A program made the translations under genes and the position numbers. A stretch of DNA of 63,395 nt, the filler included, from Phoronis australis (Eukaryota; Animalia; Phoronida), in NCBI GenBank assembly GCA_002633005.1. It is 6 parts of 6 records of this genome, joined end to end, with 100 filler letters (N's around TTAATTAATTAA, not from the genome) between each part and the next. Parts side by side here need not be neighbours in the genome. Positions count along the whole stretch, not along the records: positions 1 to 11,197 come from NMRA01000336.1; positions 11,298 to 17,112 come from NMRA01002270.1; 4 more parts are not named here. The stretch is one strand, 5' to 3'. Shown in pieces: positions 1-11,472 of this stretch (position 1 is its first letter; every line of letters starts with the position of its first letter). The notes under the pieces are model-generated. The model was given only the letters and a program-made list of their open reading frames with translations, was not told the DNA's origin and made no database searches.

Positions 1-676
1 TGAGCTCGTGCCATCTTATCCACCAACTCATCGGCATACCTTCTGGGCTCCAAGACTCTTACTCCCGGACTTACCCTGAAAGCCACTTCCGCTGGAGTAT
101 TTACTTCTCTACCCAACACCATCATATTAGGCGTTAAACCTGTCGAACGATTCACACATGCTCTCAGCACTCCTGCAATCATTGGTACATACAAATCCCA
201 CTCACACTGAAATTCCCCCACAAAACAGCGAACTGCATTCATCAGTGACCTATTCACCGTTTCCGCTTGTCCATTTGCGCTAGGCCTATAGGCAGTTGTA
301 TGTGTCTGATGAATTCTGAGTAACTTACATACTTCCTTAAACACTGCACTCTGAATATTTGAGCCCCTATCAGAGAACAGCTGAAGCAGACACCCATACC
401 TTGAAAAAATGTTATCAACCATTGCCTTAGCGGTGGTTTCCGCCGTTTGGTCTGATAAAGGAATGCATTCTACCCACTTAGTGAACTGGTCTACCGCCAC
501 TAATATATGCTCATTCCCCCTTGCCGTTCTAGGTAATGGTCCCAAAAAGTCTATGTGAACTCTTTCCATTGGTGCTCCGGCTTGGTATTTTACCATTGGA
601 GTACGAGCTTTTCGAACTCTTCCCTTGTTTTGGTTACACACCATGCAACCTTCAACATACTTTCGAATGCGCTCTC
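1..676 (-). mobile_element. Ty3/Gypsy integrase core fragment (runs off the window start and into an N gap)
   Basis: Manual minus-strand translation is open: ...YVEGCMVCNQNK...PMERVHIDFLGPLPRTARGNEHILVAVDQFTKWVECIPL...FSDRGSN...TAYRPSANGQAETVNRSL...GLTPNMMVLGREV. It has the zinc-binding CxxC and DDE core and is homologous to, but diverged from, the integrase at 50188-51480. Confidence 0.92.
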
Positions 677-1484
677 NNNNNNNNNNNNNNNNNNNNNNNN
701 NNNNNNNNNNNNNNNNNNNNNNNNNNNNNNNNNNNNNNNNNNNNNNNNNNNNNNNNNNNNNNNNNNNNNNNNNNNNNNNNNNNNNNNNNNNNNNNNNNNN
801 NNNNNNNNNNNNNNNNNNNNNNNNNNNNNNNNNNNNNNNNNNNNNNNNNNNNNNNNNNNNNNNNNNNNNNNNNNNNNNNNNNNNNNNNNNNNNNNNNNNN
901 NNNNNNNNNNNNNNNNNNNNNNNNNNNNNNNNNNNNNNNNNNNNNNNNNNNNNNNNNNNNNNNNNNNNNNNNNNNNNNNNNNNNNNNNNNNNNNNNNNNN
1001 NNNNNNNNNNNNNNNNNNNNNNNNNNNNNNNNNNNNNNNNNNNNNNNNNNNNNNNNNNNNNNNNNNNNNNNNNNNNNNNNNNNNNNNNNNNNNNNNNNNN
1101 NNNNNNNNNNNNNNNNNNNNNNNNNNNNNNNNNNNNNNNNNNNNNNNNNNNNNNNNNNNNNNNNNNNNNNNNNNNNNNNNNNNNNNNNNNNNNNNNNNNN
1201 NNNNNNNNNNNNNNNNNNNNNNNNNNNNNNNNNNNNNNNNNNNNNNNNNNNNNNNNNNNNNNNNNNNNNNNNNNNNNNNNNNNNNNNNNNNNNNNNNNNN
1301 NNNNNNNNNNNNNNNNNNNNNNNNNNNNNNNNNNNNNNNNNNNNNNNNNNNNNNNNNNNNNNNNNNNNNNNNNNNNNNNNNNNNNNNNNNNNNNNNNNNN
1401 NNNNNNNNNNNNNNNNNNNNNNNNNNNNNNNNNNNNNNNNNNNNNNNNNNNNNNNNNNNNNNNNNNNNNNNNNNNNNNNNNNNN
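677..1484. other. Scaffold gap (808 N)
   Basis: Run of N; ORFs spanning it are artefacts. Confidence 0.99.
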
Positions 1485-2172
1485 TCTTCTTGATGTCCCA
1501 GAGGATGGCGTTCTCACTAAGGAAATCACACATGAACTGCTCCTCTTGGACATCAAGACAAAACTGTGTCTTCTTGGCCCTCCTCTTCTTGGCAAGGGTT
1601 GGGTGAGAGGAGGTGGAGGCCTGGGACGCAGCTACCGACGCCACTGACGATGCCCGAGAGGCGTTAGAACAAGCATCATCTCCATCAGAGAGTGAGCGTG
1701 AGGGTGAGGGTGTAGGTGATGATGGATCCTCCTTCCGTTCACGTCCACGGCCACGGCCAGGAGATTTCTTGGCAGCGTTCCTCGCACTTTTCTTTGGCAT
1801 GACGCTGATGTTGGTACTGCAATGTGTAGTGCAGTTATGATTTGAAACGTCGAGCGGCAGCCTTTTTATAGACTACGACACGTCATCGTCGGCAGTACGC
1901 TGCTGCACGCTATGCATAAGTTAGACTATCATTGGGCATAAGTTGTGTACGCCGGCAACACGCTAGGCATTCGTTGGAATATGTATCTATAAGTTATCGA
2001 AACGTTCTATATAATTTACTGATACGTTATGTATACGTCCAACTCGTTATGAATACGCTATGTATACGCCCAAAATTGAAAAAAAAATTCGATAATTCAG
2101 CGTATGCCAGCGTTTTAGGGAAATTCTGATATGTCGGCATACGCTGGCTAAATCGTCAAGGTGTGACGGCCA
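1485..2172 (-). mobile_element. PIF/Harbinger-like transposon end with a MADF/Myb-SANT-like ORF (ATG at 1800)
   Basis: The ORF has a basic, Ser-rich N-terminus followed by EEQFMCDFLSENAILWDIKK, resembling the start of a MADF domain. The minus strand reads TTA|TGGCCGTCACACCTTGACG at ~2175-2154, which fits a Harbinger-type terminus next to a TTA target. TATAAAA lies upstream of the ORF at ~1864-1870. Confidence 0.6.
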
Positions 2173-2192
2173 TAACTCGTTGCAACGTCGAG

Positions 2193-3160
2193 TTAAAACA
2201 GGTCGTGGAGAACACTGCCTCCCTGTGACTTCGGGATGCGGCGTGATCGGGGCGCTTCACACGACGGTCCAGGGATCGCTTCTGGCTTGTCCTCAACCCT
2301 AACTCGTAGGGTGATCTTCTGTGGGGCCGCATCGGAGGAATTGGTCCTTCTCACCGCCGAGTGGGATCGAGGCGCTGGCGCCTTGGCGGTGCCCTCCGAC
2401 CCTCTGGTAGGCTCTCTAGATATCCTGGTGGAGGTTCTCTCTCTTCCTCGAGGAGGATCCTTGGGGCGCACATCAGGGGTGTCGCTGGCCTTTCCTTTCC
2501 CCCCTTTCCCTGGTGAGTCTTTTAGCCGCACATCCACTGCAGCAAAGTGGACTCTTGGCGGTGACTGTGCTGGAGGCTCCGCCTCGGACTCTGACACCTC
2601 ATCCAGGACAATAAAATCCGATAGAGACTCCGGCTGTCCAGAATCCCCACCCACCTCGGACACTGAGGAATTTAGCTCCCGTGGGCTTCCTCCCGTGGTC
2701 TTTAACCTCTGGGTCTTCTGCCCCATAGAACCCGTGCGGGGGTACCACGTCACCGACGTGGGCACTTTAGCACCTTCCTCAGTGGTCTGGCTTGTACTGT
2801 ACTCCCATGGACAATGCTTTGACCTTTTCAGAAGCTAATAACTGTGGATCACCCTTCAAATGTTGAATCCACTCCGGCAATAACCTATCCTTACATCTCT
2901 TCAGCTTATCATGGTTATACGTGCCAGCTGATCGCTTAAACCTTACTTTAAATAAGCGATCTGATATCTTAGCTACTATTATTGCCGGTTCTGACCATGG
3001 TGGATACAATTTCTTATTTATAAAGGGTTTAAACGTTCCTAGTAGACACGCTCTTTCAGCTGGCTGTAACGCCCCTCACAAACAGGGCACCGCTGTAGCC
3101 TGCAAGGGCCTCCCTGTGACTTGGGAATCCTGCATTTCGGTATTCGCGACACACATACTT
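2193..3160 (-). mobile_element. Degenerate, rearranged Gypsy 3' region: integrase GPY/F tail plus ORF3-like sequence
   Basis: 2779-3009 PPWSEPAIIVAKISDRLFKVR...NHDKLKRCKDRLLPEWI aligns with PPWKGPGVVIDVLTPFLFRIR...NHDRLKICNDKLETLPNWI of the 50-kb element. It is followed by a low-complexity ORF (2193-2765). ~3045-3140 encodes RIPKSQGGPCRLQRCPVCEGRYSQLKERVY*. Confidence 0.75.
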
Positions 3161-3557
3161 CTTCTTAAAACAGACACCCTTCGAACTATTCCAACTTAGG
3201 GGTGGTTATTTTATAACTATTTGAATTTGAACGGCTTTAATTTGCTTTTAAATGACTTACAACCATTCTTTGAAAGAATATGGTTTGTGCTTGTGCTTTT
3301 AAACAACTTAAATTAAAGCTTAATTCAGAAAAATAAACAGGAAAACTAATTGGGATACTCCATCTACAATGGTACAGAAATGAATTATAGATTAATGGAA
3401 GCACAACAACACTATATTTGAAGTAATAATAACACGGCTTTGAAATCAGGTGCTTTACGGCCATTAAATGTATGTGTTTTGCAAATTGTTCCGAGAAAAT
3501 TAGGCCCGATAAATGTTTCAGAAGTTTATTGACTAGTTTATATATTGATAAGAGACA

Positions 3558-3678
3558 ACAACATACAGCTTGTTCACACATTTCATCACAACATTCAGCT
3601 TGTTCACACATTTCATCACAACATACAGCTTGTTCACACATTTCATCACAACATACAGCTTGTTCACACATTTCATCA
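3558..3678. repeat. 30-bp minisatellite, 4 copies
   Basis: ACAACATACAGCTTGTTCACACATTTCATC in tandem, near-identical and with no spacers. Confidence 0.95.
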
Positions 3679-3772
3679 TTAGAATTCAACAAAAATAGCC
3701 CTATATGCATGCCTATCCTACATGTACCTAAAGCACACAATGTGCTCGTCTTCACGGTGTCGGATACATGAG

Positions 3773-4115
3773 TCACAAGTGATGAAGTATGTTAAAAAAT
3801 GCAGCACTAGATATTTGTCCGTGGTCGTCATGCCACACGAACTCATCCAGATGGCTTAGTAACTGCTCGCCGTACGCACCAGACATAGCTTTAAGTCATC
3901 ACTTAGTGGTTCTTGAATAGTTTTCAACATTACTAGTAGTTGCACGAGTGACGGGATCTACAAAATTTTCCTAGTGGTTAACAGTTTCATTTACGAATAG
4001 CGGATTCACTGGTATGTTGGCAATTCCTCTGTAGCTTGCAAATTTGTCGCTCCGAATGATGAATCCAGGCGTAATCCAATCCTGGACGAATGTTAAAAGG
4101 GTTTGCGCGTGATGG
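3773..4115 (-). pseudogene. Merlin / IS1595 (ISXO2-like) DDE transposase remnant
   Basis: Manual translation: AQTLLTFVQDWITPGFIIRSDKFASYRGI...TVNH*ENFVDPVTRATTSNVENY...LKAMSG...LLSHLDEFVW. This matches the ISXO2 pattern SD..xY / TVNHSxxFVDP / E / YLDEFxWR, with in-frame stops. Confidence 0.85.
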
Positions 4116-4400
4116 TTAGTATTTGGCGCACCCCCTGTGGGTCAGGCGTGCCATCACCCAACAGTGACAAGTCACTTTCTCCATATATTCGGTGACCAAC
4201 TCTAGCTGCTGTGACATGTATGCGTCATTGACGACTAGTAATAAATACAAATTATGGATGTTGTTGTCCGTTGTCTTGGAGAAAAACTTTACTTTACCAA
4301 AGTCCATTAGTGTCTTCACTTACTGAAATGTGTTTCCAGTGAAGAGCCTTGCAATGCCATCTTGCAGTATTCCATTCCAATAGCTGCAATCATTACTCTA
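4116..4400 (-). pseudogene. DNA transposase remnant, probably Kolobok-type
   Basis: LFTGNTFQ*VKTLMDFGKVKFFSKTT..NIHNLYLL.VVNDAY...LSLLGDGTPDPQG/CAKY resembles the 'ILFSG...LxGDGRCDSPGHSAKY' transposase family. It carries stops and frameshifts. The family name is from memory. Confidence 0.6.
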
Positions 4401-5989
4401 TTTCTAAGTTTGATTGGATGCGATGAAGAGCGATGAGGGGTTACTTCAAGAAGGTCCGTATGGACAGAAGTCGGCTATTACAGATATTATCCTTTGAGCG
4501 ATAAGCTGCCGTCAAGCGGTCAATGTGAAAATGTATGCTCCGTAACTGGTGGAAGCACAGGAGATTTGAGCGGCACTCGAACAGCACTTGCATTGGTCTT
4601 CAGGGTAGAAGACCTGCACTTCCTGCATCTAATATTTATACTTGCAATTCTTTGAGTTGGGATGTACCTTAGAACCATTCTGTACACTGTTACTCAGCCG
4701 GCCAAAATCAGCAATTTTAGATATCATGGCAAAGTCATGTTTGAAGCAGGTAACCATGCTCAAATAACTTCTAGGGGGGTTACCAAGCTGAAATTTGTCT
4801 TGATCTAATTTCATCACATATGTAGTTAAAGCATCGGCCCATGTTCATACTTAGGTCATCAGACGTTTTTGCTTTTCTTTGGAAGCTGAGTTAACATTTA
4901 AGATGATACTTTCCCTCAGTCGCAATAAGTTCATGTTGAACAAAAATTTGTCCAGTGATGCATAGCATTGAAACATTAACATTAAACACAACAGAATCCC
5001 ACCATTTACCATCAGTGACACCCGTTGGCATCTGCATCTGGATGCAATAATTATGTTCAGTGTTGATGGTCAGTGTTGATGGTCACTGACTCAGTGTTTT
5101 GAATGCTCCAGAGGAATAGCGTTGGAACACTGCAGCTAATGCATCTGTGGTTCTTGTAGAAAATCCTTAGATTTCTCTTTTGCTGTTAAATAGAAAGACT
5201 TGCGCTCACTTTCTAAGAGTGGTAGGGGCTCCCCTCCCTCATATATCCCGCTACTCAAAAGTACTAGAACAATACGGTGATTAGCCACTCATATCTCACA
5301 AACATCTAGCTAATAAGTGCTCACCACGAGAAAACGCCCTAAAACTACGGAAGGCATGTCACGCCATGACAAAACAAAAACACTAATGTCAGTAATATAC
5401 AGGTTGAAATGGCCATCAACAACACTAATGAGTCCGTATTATTATTAGATTAAAACACTGATGCATTAGGATCAACACATGGGACAGTGTGTTAACAGGG
5501 TACACAGAAAACCAATACAACTAACTAATACAGAGTGATCGCAAATCTAGCATCTGTTGATACAATAGCTTTTCCTTTTAGGTATTTGACCATTTCTCTT
5601 CTTGTTCTTATTCCCACTTGTACTATTGTCGTCAACTTCACTAAGCAAAACAAGTTTCAAATTCTGCTGGGCACAAGTAAAATTAAACTACCCGGAGTAT
5701 TTATTAAGCTCTTGTAGGTGTCCCTGTGTCATATTTGCGTACACTTTATGGGCTCATCATACACAGATGGTGTGGCAAGCAGTAGTATTGAAGACATGCA
5801 GGCCACAAAGGTTCAATTTGCAGTGCCTTCCATGTTCATCAAGGTGTACGCCAACATTTTGACAAATACAAAATTCAACTGTAGCTGTGCCTTTTCAAGT
5901 TAACTCGATGCAGTTATGGAGTACGGTCGCAATAGCTTGGATGCACACTGTTGCCATCTCAAGAAACGGGTGAGATTTAAGGTCTCCTT

Positions 5990-8195
5990 CTGAGGTGCAA
6001 GCAGAGTTGAGCCTAAGTCTGTCTTCAGCTCTTTGTCCAACAAATTGTCAGGTTGATGGTATACCTTTCCAGTTTTGTACACGCTACCAGTGAATCGTCC
6101 TCACTGGTTATTGAGAAGGCAGAGTTGAGCCCAAGTCTGTCTTCAGCTCTTTGTCCAACAAATTGTCAGGTTGATGAGATGCCTTTCCAGTTTTGTACAT
6201 GCTACCACTTAATCATCTTCATTGGTTATTGAGATGTAGTCCTCAGAAGGTGGTATACCTTTCCAGTTTTTTACACAATAACAGTGAGTCGCATTCGTTT
6301 GTGGTTAAGGCATGGCCATCACAAGATGGTGTACCTTTCCAGTTTTGTACAAGACAGCAGTGAATCTCAGTCCCTTGTGATTAAGATATGGCCGTCAGAA
6401 GATGATAAAGCTTTCAGTTTTGCACAAGTTATCAGTGAATCATTGTCATCTGTGATTAAGATGTAGCCCTCAGATGGTGTTATACCTTTCCAGTTCTTCA
6501 CAGGCCACTAGTAAATCGTCTTTATTGATTTTTGAGATGCGGCGGTACTAAGATAGTATTCCTTTCCAGTTTTCCACATGCAGCAAATAGTCCTCAGTCC
6601 TTTGAAATGTGGCCGTCAGGAGATGGTGTACCTTTCCGGTTTTTTACAAGCCACCAGCGAGTCACAATCGCTTGTGATTGAGATATGGCCATCAGAAGAT
6701 GGTAAAGCTTTCAGTTTTGCACAAGTTATCAGTGAATCATTTTCATCTGTGATTAAGATGTAGACGTCAGATGGTGTTATACCTGTCCAGTTTTTCACAG
6801 GCCACTAGTGAATCATCTTCATTGATCGTTAAGATGCGGCGGTACTAAGATAGTATTCCTTTCCAGTTTTCCACATGCAGCAAATAGTCTACAGTCCTTT
6901 TAAATGTGGCCGTCAGAGATGGTGTACCATTCCGTTTTTTTACAAGCCACCAGCGAGTCACATTCGCTTGTGATTAAGATATGGCCATCAGAAGATGGTA
7001 AAGCTTTCAGTTTTGCACAAGTTATCAGTGAATCATTGTTATCTGTGATTAAGATGTAGCCGTCAGATGGTGTTATACCTTTCCAGTTTTTCACAAGCCA
7101 CTAGTGAATCATCTTCATTGATAGTTAAGATGCGGCGGTACTAAGATGGTATTCCTTTCCAGTTTTCCACATGCGGCAAATAGTCCACAGTCCTTTTAAA
7201 GGAGAATGCCACCCGATTTAATTAGTCTTTTTCGCCGTCTTAATCGGTCTATATCCACATCGCCTCGCATACGGTTGACCTCACCTTGCCAAGAGGTGTC
7301 GCGTTAACCAGTGAGGAAGGTGAGAAACGAAGGTAGCGACGTCACTGGTTCATATGCAGAGTGAAGGCCGCAATGTTGCGGTGCATCGTTCCCGCCTGTC
7401 CGAACTAAGCAGCTGCGAGGAAAGCGGGTATATCGTATTTTTTACTTCCTCGAGAGTCCGAAATGCTTAGGAAGTGGCTCATGGTAGTGAAGAATGAAAT
7501 GTACGCTGTATAGCAACTATGATTCCGTGAAACATCTCCGTGTTTGTGGCCTGCAGACGTCGACAGTGCCGGCTTACCAAATAACTCCATACGTTCCGTT
7601 GTCTGAGCTTGTTCACGGCACCTCTCTAGTATTTCTTCATCACTGTATTCCTGTTCGAACAGATAGCCTGTAAANGTCAGATGGTGTTATACCTTTCCAG
7701 TTTTTCACAGGCCACTAGTGAATCATCTTCATTGATCGTTAAGATGCGGCGGTACTAAGATAGTATTCCTTTCCAGTTTTCCACATGCATTAAATAGTCC
7801 TCAGTCCTTTTAAATGTGGCCGTCAGGAGATGGTGTACCTTTCCGGTTGTTTACAAGCCACTAGCGAGTCACATTCGCTTGTGATTAAGATATGGCCATC
7901 AGAAGATGGTAAAGCTTTCAGTTTTGTACAAGTAATCAGTGAATCATTTTCATCTGTGATTAAGATGTAGCCGTCAGATGGTGTTATACCTTTCCAGTTT
8001 TTCACAGGCCACTAGTGAATCATCTTCATTGATCATTAAGATGCGGCGGTACTAAGATGGTATTCCTTTCCAGTTTTCCACATGCGGCAAATAGTCCACA
8101 GTCCTTTTAAATGTGGCCGTCAGGAGATGGTGTACCTTTCCGCTTTTTACAAGCCACCAGCAAGTCACATTCACTTGTGATTAAAACATGGTCGC
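5990..8195. repeat. Satellite with a 297-bp higher-order unit made of four ~74-bp subunits
   Basis: TCAGATGGTGTTATACCT recurs at ~6470, 6767, 7063, 7677 and 7974 (period ~297). The core CCTTTCCAGTTTT or a variant recurs every ~70-78 bp. The array is interrupted at 7196-7675. Confidence 0.9.
7196..7674. mobile_element. Kolobok-like non-autonomous element inserted at TTAA in the satellite (truncated at n7675)
   Basis: Starts TTAA|AGGAGAATGCCACCCG exactly at the satellite's CCTTTTAA site. A second copy starts at 27157. The minus strand encodes GYLFEQEYSDEEILER, similar to the YxFEPEY N-terminus of Kolobok-associated P2X7-tail-like proteins. Confidence 0.7.
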
Positions 8196-9778
8196 CAGTC
8201 CATGCACTCAGACAGTGAACCGAAATCCGATAGCCAGAAAATGCTATTAGCTTTGCAGTTTTGTGCACCCCTCAGTGCTCAGTCTGATAGCCTTTGCAGC
8301 TGTGTGCACCCTGGGAAAAGATCCTCATGTAATGACTGTCAGACTCTTGAGACCCACTAGTAGGATGATTGTATGCAATTATTACTGTTTAAAATAGTAG
8401 TAGTGGCATTTTAAACACCTCATCATTTGCACCCTTTTTCTTGTATGTACACAGCATTTGTTATTTGCTGAAACAACTTCTAGATAATGTCGGTCTTAAC
8501 TTCGAGTTCACTGTATTGCCTTACCGTATTTACTTATGGCTGAGGTATCTGCAAAGTAATGCATTAAGGAAATCAGATAATAGCTAGTAGTACTTAAAAA
8601 ACTGATATTATTTTGCTGTAGTTAGCGCCTCATAGTAGCAGGGCTCCCTTCTGCGTTGGTAGGTACCCGAGCCACTCAAATATCTTTTTCGCAATTTTGC
8701 TTTTGCCCTTAGTCGTTGAACCTATGCAGGAGGAAATTATGTCAAGTACATCTATCCGAATACGTCAAAATGTTTTTTATGTTATGTTATAGTATCTACA
8801 AAATACTCTTAAATTAACGCACATTGTATTTTAATAATATTTCAAATGCTGCCAAAACTCAGAAACTCGAAACTCAATTTCCGAGAACGTTGTAAAATAC
8901 AAAAATAACATCAACGCGTTGATGTTATGTTTGATATACAATGAAATTTAAGTTCTATACTAAAAAATCCCAAGAGGTCCTAGAACGAGTTGAAAGCAAA
9001 ATTTTACTTAATTAAAGCGTTTAATTAGTTCTTGAACGATCATAGTTTTTGCTTATTCAACGCATTAAATTATAAAATTCCAATCAAACAAGTTAACAGT
9101 AATATTGATATGTACGCTGTAGTTCGACAATCAGGAAAATTTTTCAAAAATTGACTTCTACCCATATAGGAAATTATTTCGAAATTTGAGTTCACGGGCA
9201 ATATTGGGCTATTTAACTGACATAGGCGTTGAATGAAAACAGCTTCATTACTATAACAAGACAATCAGAAAGATACGCATCTGAGAAGGGAAAACAAGTA
9301 GAGGAAGTTAAAAAAAAAATGATCGTGGAAGAACTAATGAAGTTAACAATGCTTCGTGTCCATAAAATGTGCCATGCTTCAGAAAAACGTTACTACCTGT
9401 TTATCACAAACCAACACCCAAAAAACTGCGAGGAATACGGCACGTTTACAACAAAACTATTTTAAAAAATCCTGATGCCAAATCCCTTAATCTACAGGTC
9501 GTATTTCGATCACTGAACCCCGTTGAATGGTTGCTTTGACGGTCAGAGGGCGCTGACCACTTGGTATGATTCATGAAAAACGGGTATACCTCTCCACCCA
9601 TGGTGACAATCTCACTGTAACATAGGACGTTAAAGATAGATTAATTTACGGAACGGTAATACATTAACTAAAACATAAACTTACATTAATTAAAAAGAAA
9701 ATTATACCTACATGAAAATCGATTGTATTACTACCTTTGCACCTCAAAAATTTGTATGAAGAAATAATACTGTCTTAC

Positions 9779-10700
9779 CTGTTGTTGGTGGCTTTGATAT
9801 GCAATAGAAGTTCATGTTCCTCTTCTTTGACCTCCTATGTAGTACTAACAGTGCTGTTAAGGCTGACGATTTTCTCCCATTCTTCAGTTTCTAAGGCCAA
9901 AGTTTCTGTAATGTCATTTTCTTTCAAGTCGAAGCTATTTTTAGCTCCCCATAATTTTACATCAACTTGATCGTCCAGTCTTATTACTTTTTGCACTGAT
10001 CCGCTCTTGTAAGTTACGGTTTCTCTGACCTTGGTCACTGTGCCGCAAACTGACACTCCCATTTTCCGAGGATTATTGATGATTTCATTGATGCTAACGA
10101 CTGGGGGCCTCAGATATCCTTCTACAGAAGATTTGCTGTAATCGAAGGGTGCCACGTCAGGAAAAATATGTAAAATAAATGAACATTTACTCACTTTAAC
10201 GATTTAGTCTTATCACCTACTAATGGTAACATGTTTAATTTTCCGATCCATGACAATAATCACATAACATGAAAAACAGCAATATGTATATTAACACACG
10301 AAAATGTAACAAACAATAATTATATTACCACACTAGAAAATATTGATTCTTCATAAAAATTATCTTTGTATCTTGGCTGACCGAGAGGCCATGTTTAGAC
10401 CTCTTAACTTTTAACAAGGTGCAAAATTTTCCTTTCTCTAATCCTTCAGGCACTGCTTTTCCATTTACGAAAGCCAACACTATTTCGTCTTTATGATGCA
10501 AAATAGCAAAATTGATAACCATGAACAGAGTCTGCACTGCATGTCCTGTACTTGGAAGGACTTGTATTGGGAAAATGAGCGATTTTAAACACCTCATCAT
10601 TTGTACCCTTTTTTCTTGTATGTACACAGCATTTGTTATTTACTTCTAGATAATGTTGTTCTCAACGTCGAGTTCACTGTATTGCCTTACCGTATTTTCT
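9779..10700 (-). pseudogene. RPA70/SSB-like tandem OB-fold protein, intron-containing and degenerate
   Basis: VVSINEII...VSVCGTVTKVRETVTYKSGSVQKVIRLDDQVDVKLWG has the OB-fold strand pattern ending in LWG. The upstream segment IVLAFVNGKAVPEGLEKGKFCTLLKVK...SVSQDTKII is a second OB-like unit. There is a CAG|GTAAGA donor at ~9779 and an internal stop at 9835. Confidence 0.55.
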
Positions 10701-11197
10701 TTGTGGTGTAATGAATCGTGTTGCGACCGACAGATGGCGCGCACGTGGTAGTAATTAAAACATCACACAAATACCTCAACCAATAAAATACGTCTATTAA
10801 TTTGCAGCGTTGTGATTAACAAACAATAGTTTACAATAAGATGCGAGACTGACGAATAACTGAACGAGAAGAGATATCACTGCTAGAGAAAGTACTGAAT
10901 AACAATGTCACCAGTTACCAGTAGCCAAGTCGCAAAAGAACTAACCCTCTAGAACAATCGCTAGACTGGTTCGAATTGACTAACAGGCTGAGACCCTCCG
11001 GTCATAATAGACCTGGGCGTATTGGGCGTCACTTTCTTTTGTGCCACCCCAAGACTGTCTGTCGCACGATAGTCCTTTTGGAGTCTGATTACCCCCGTAT
11101 TGTATCCTTGCAAAATCTGCAAGTGACAACACAGTGGCGTCCGCCGTGGGGTCGACGCGGAAGACGATCCACTGCCCTTCCACCGATGCATCCAATC

Positions 11198-11297
11198 NNN
11201 NNNNNNNNNNNNNNNNNNNNNNNNNNNNNNNNNNNNNNNNNTTAATTAATTAANNNNNNNNNNNNNNNNNNNNNNNNNNNNNNNNNNNNNNNNNNNN
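11198..11297. other. Artificial contig linker N44-TTAATTAATTAA-N44 (also at 17113-17212, 48773-48872, 55923-56022, 59930-60029)
   Basis: An identical 100-nt spacer with a palindromic six-frame stop cassette occurs five times. Confidence 0.97.
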
Positions 11298-11472
11298 TCC
11301 TTATTGACAAAAGGCCACCATGGAAAGCAGTTTGAACTGATGGGGTACCCTCATTGTATTTATTACATTTAGTAATAAAAGTAAATAAACTAAAACATGC
11401 AGAATCGAGATAAGGGAAGAATGACGCAACATTGAGACAACCGTACATATACAGTGGACTTATCTCCCCTAC

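Noticed and set aside
536-1800. Long ORFs across the first N gap, apparently fusing MADF-like and integrase sequence
   Set aside because: Open only because of Ns; the two flanks belong to different elements.
3558-3678. 30-bp repeats as a CRISPR array or a Cys-rich protein
   Set aside because: Head-to-tail with no spacers, eukaryotic context and no cas genes.
4629-4817. KIADFG suggesting a protein kinase
   Set aside because: No HRD, APE or other kinase motifs nearby; it lies upstream in a decayed transposase region.
5990-8195. Satellite as a CRISPR-like array
   Set aside because: Sequences between cores are themselves repeated with a 297-bp period rather than being unique spacers.
10976-11197. 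LLESDYP resembling the TatD 'LLETDAP' motif
   Set aside because: Isolated short match with no other TatD motifs, at a contig end.
11242-11253. Recurrent TTAATTAATTAA palindrome as a biological site
   Set aside because: Always centred in N44 flanks; a synthetic linker.
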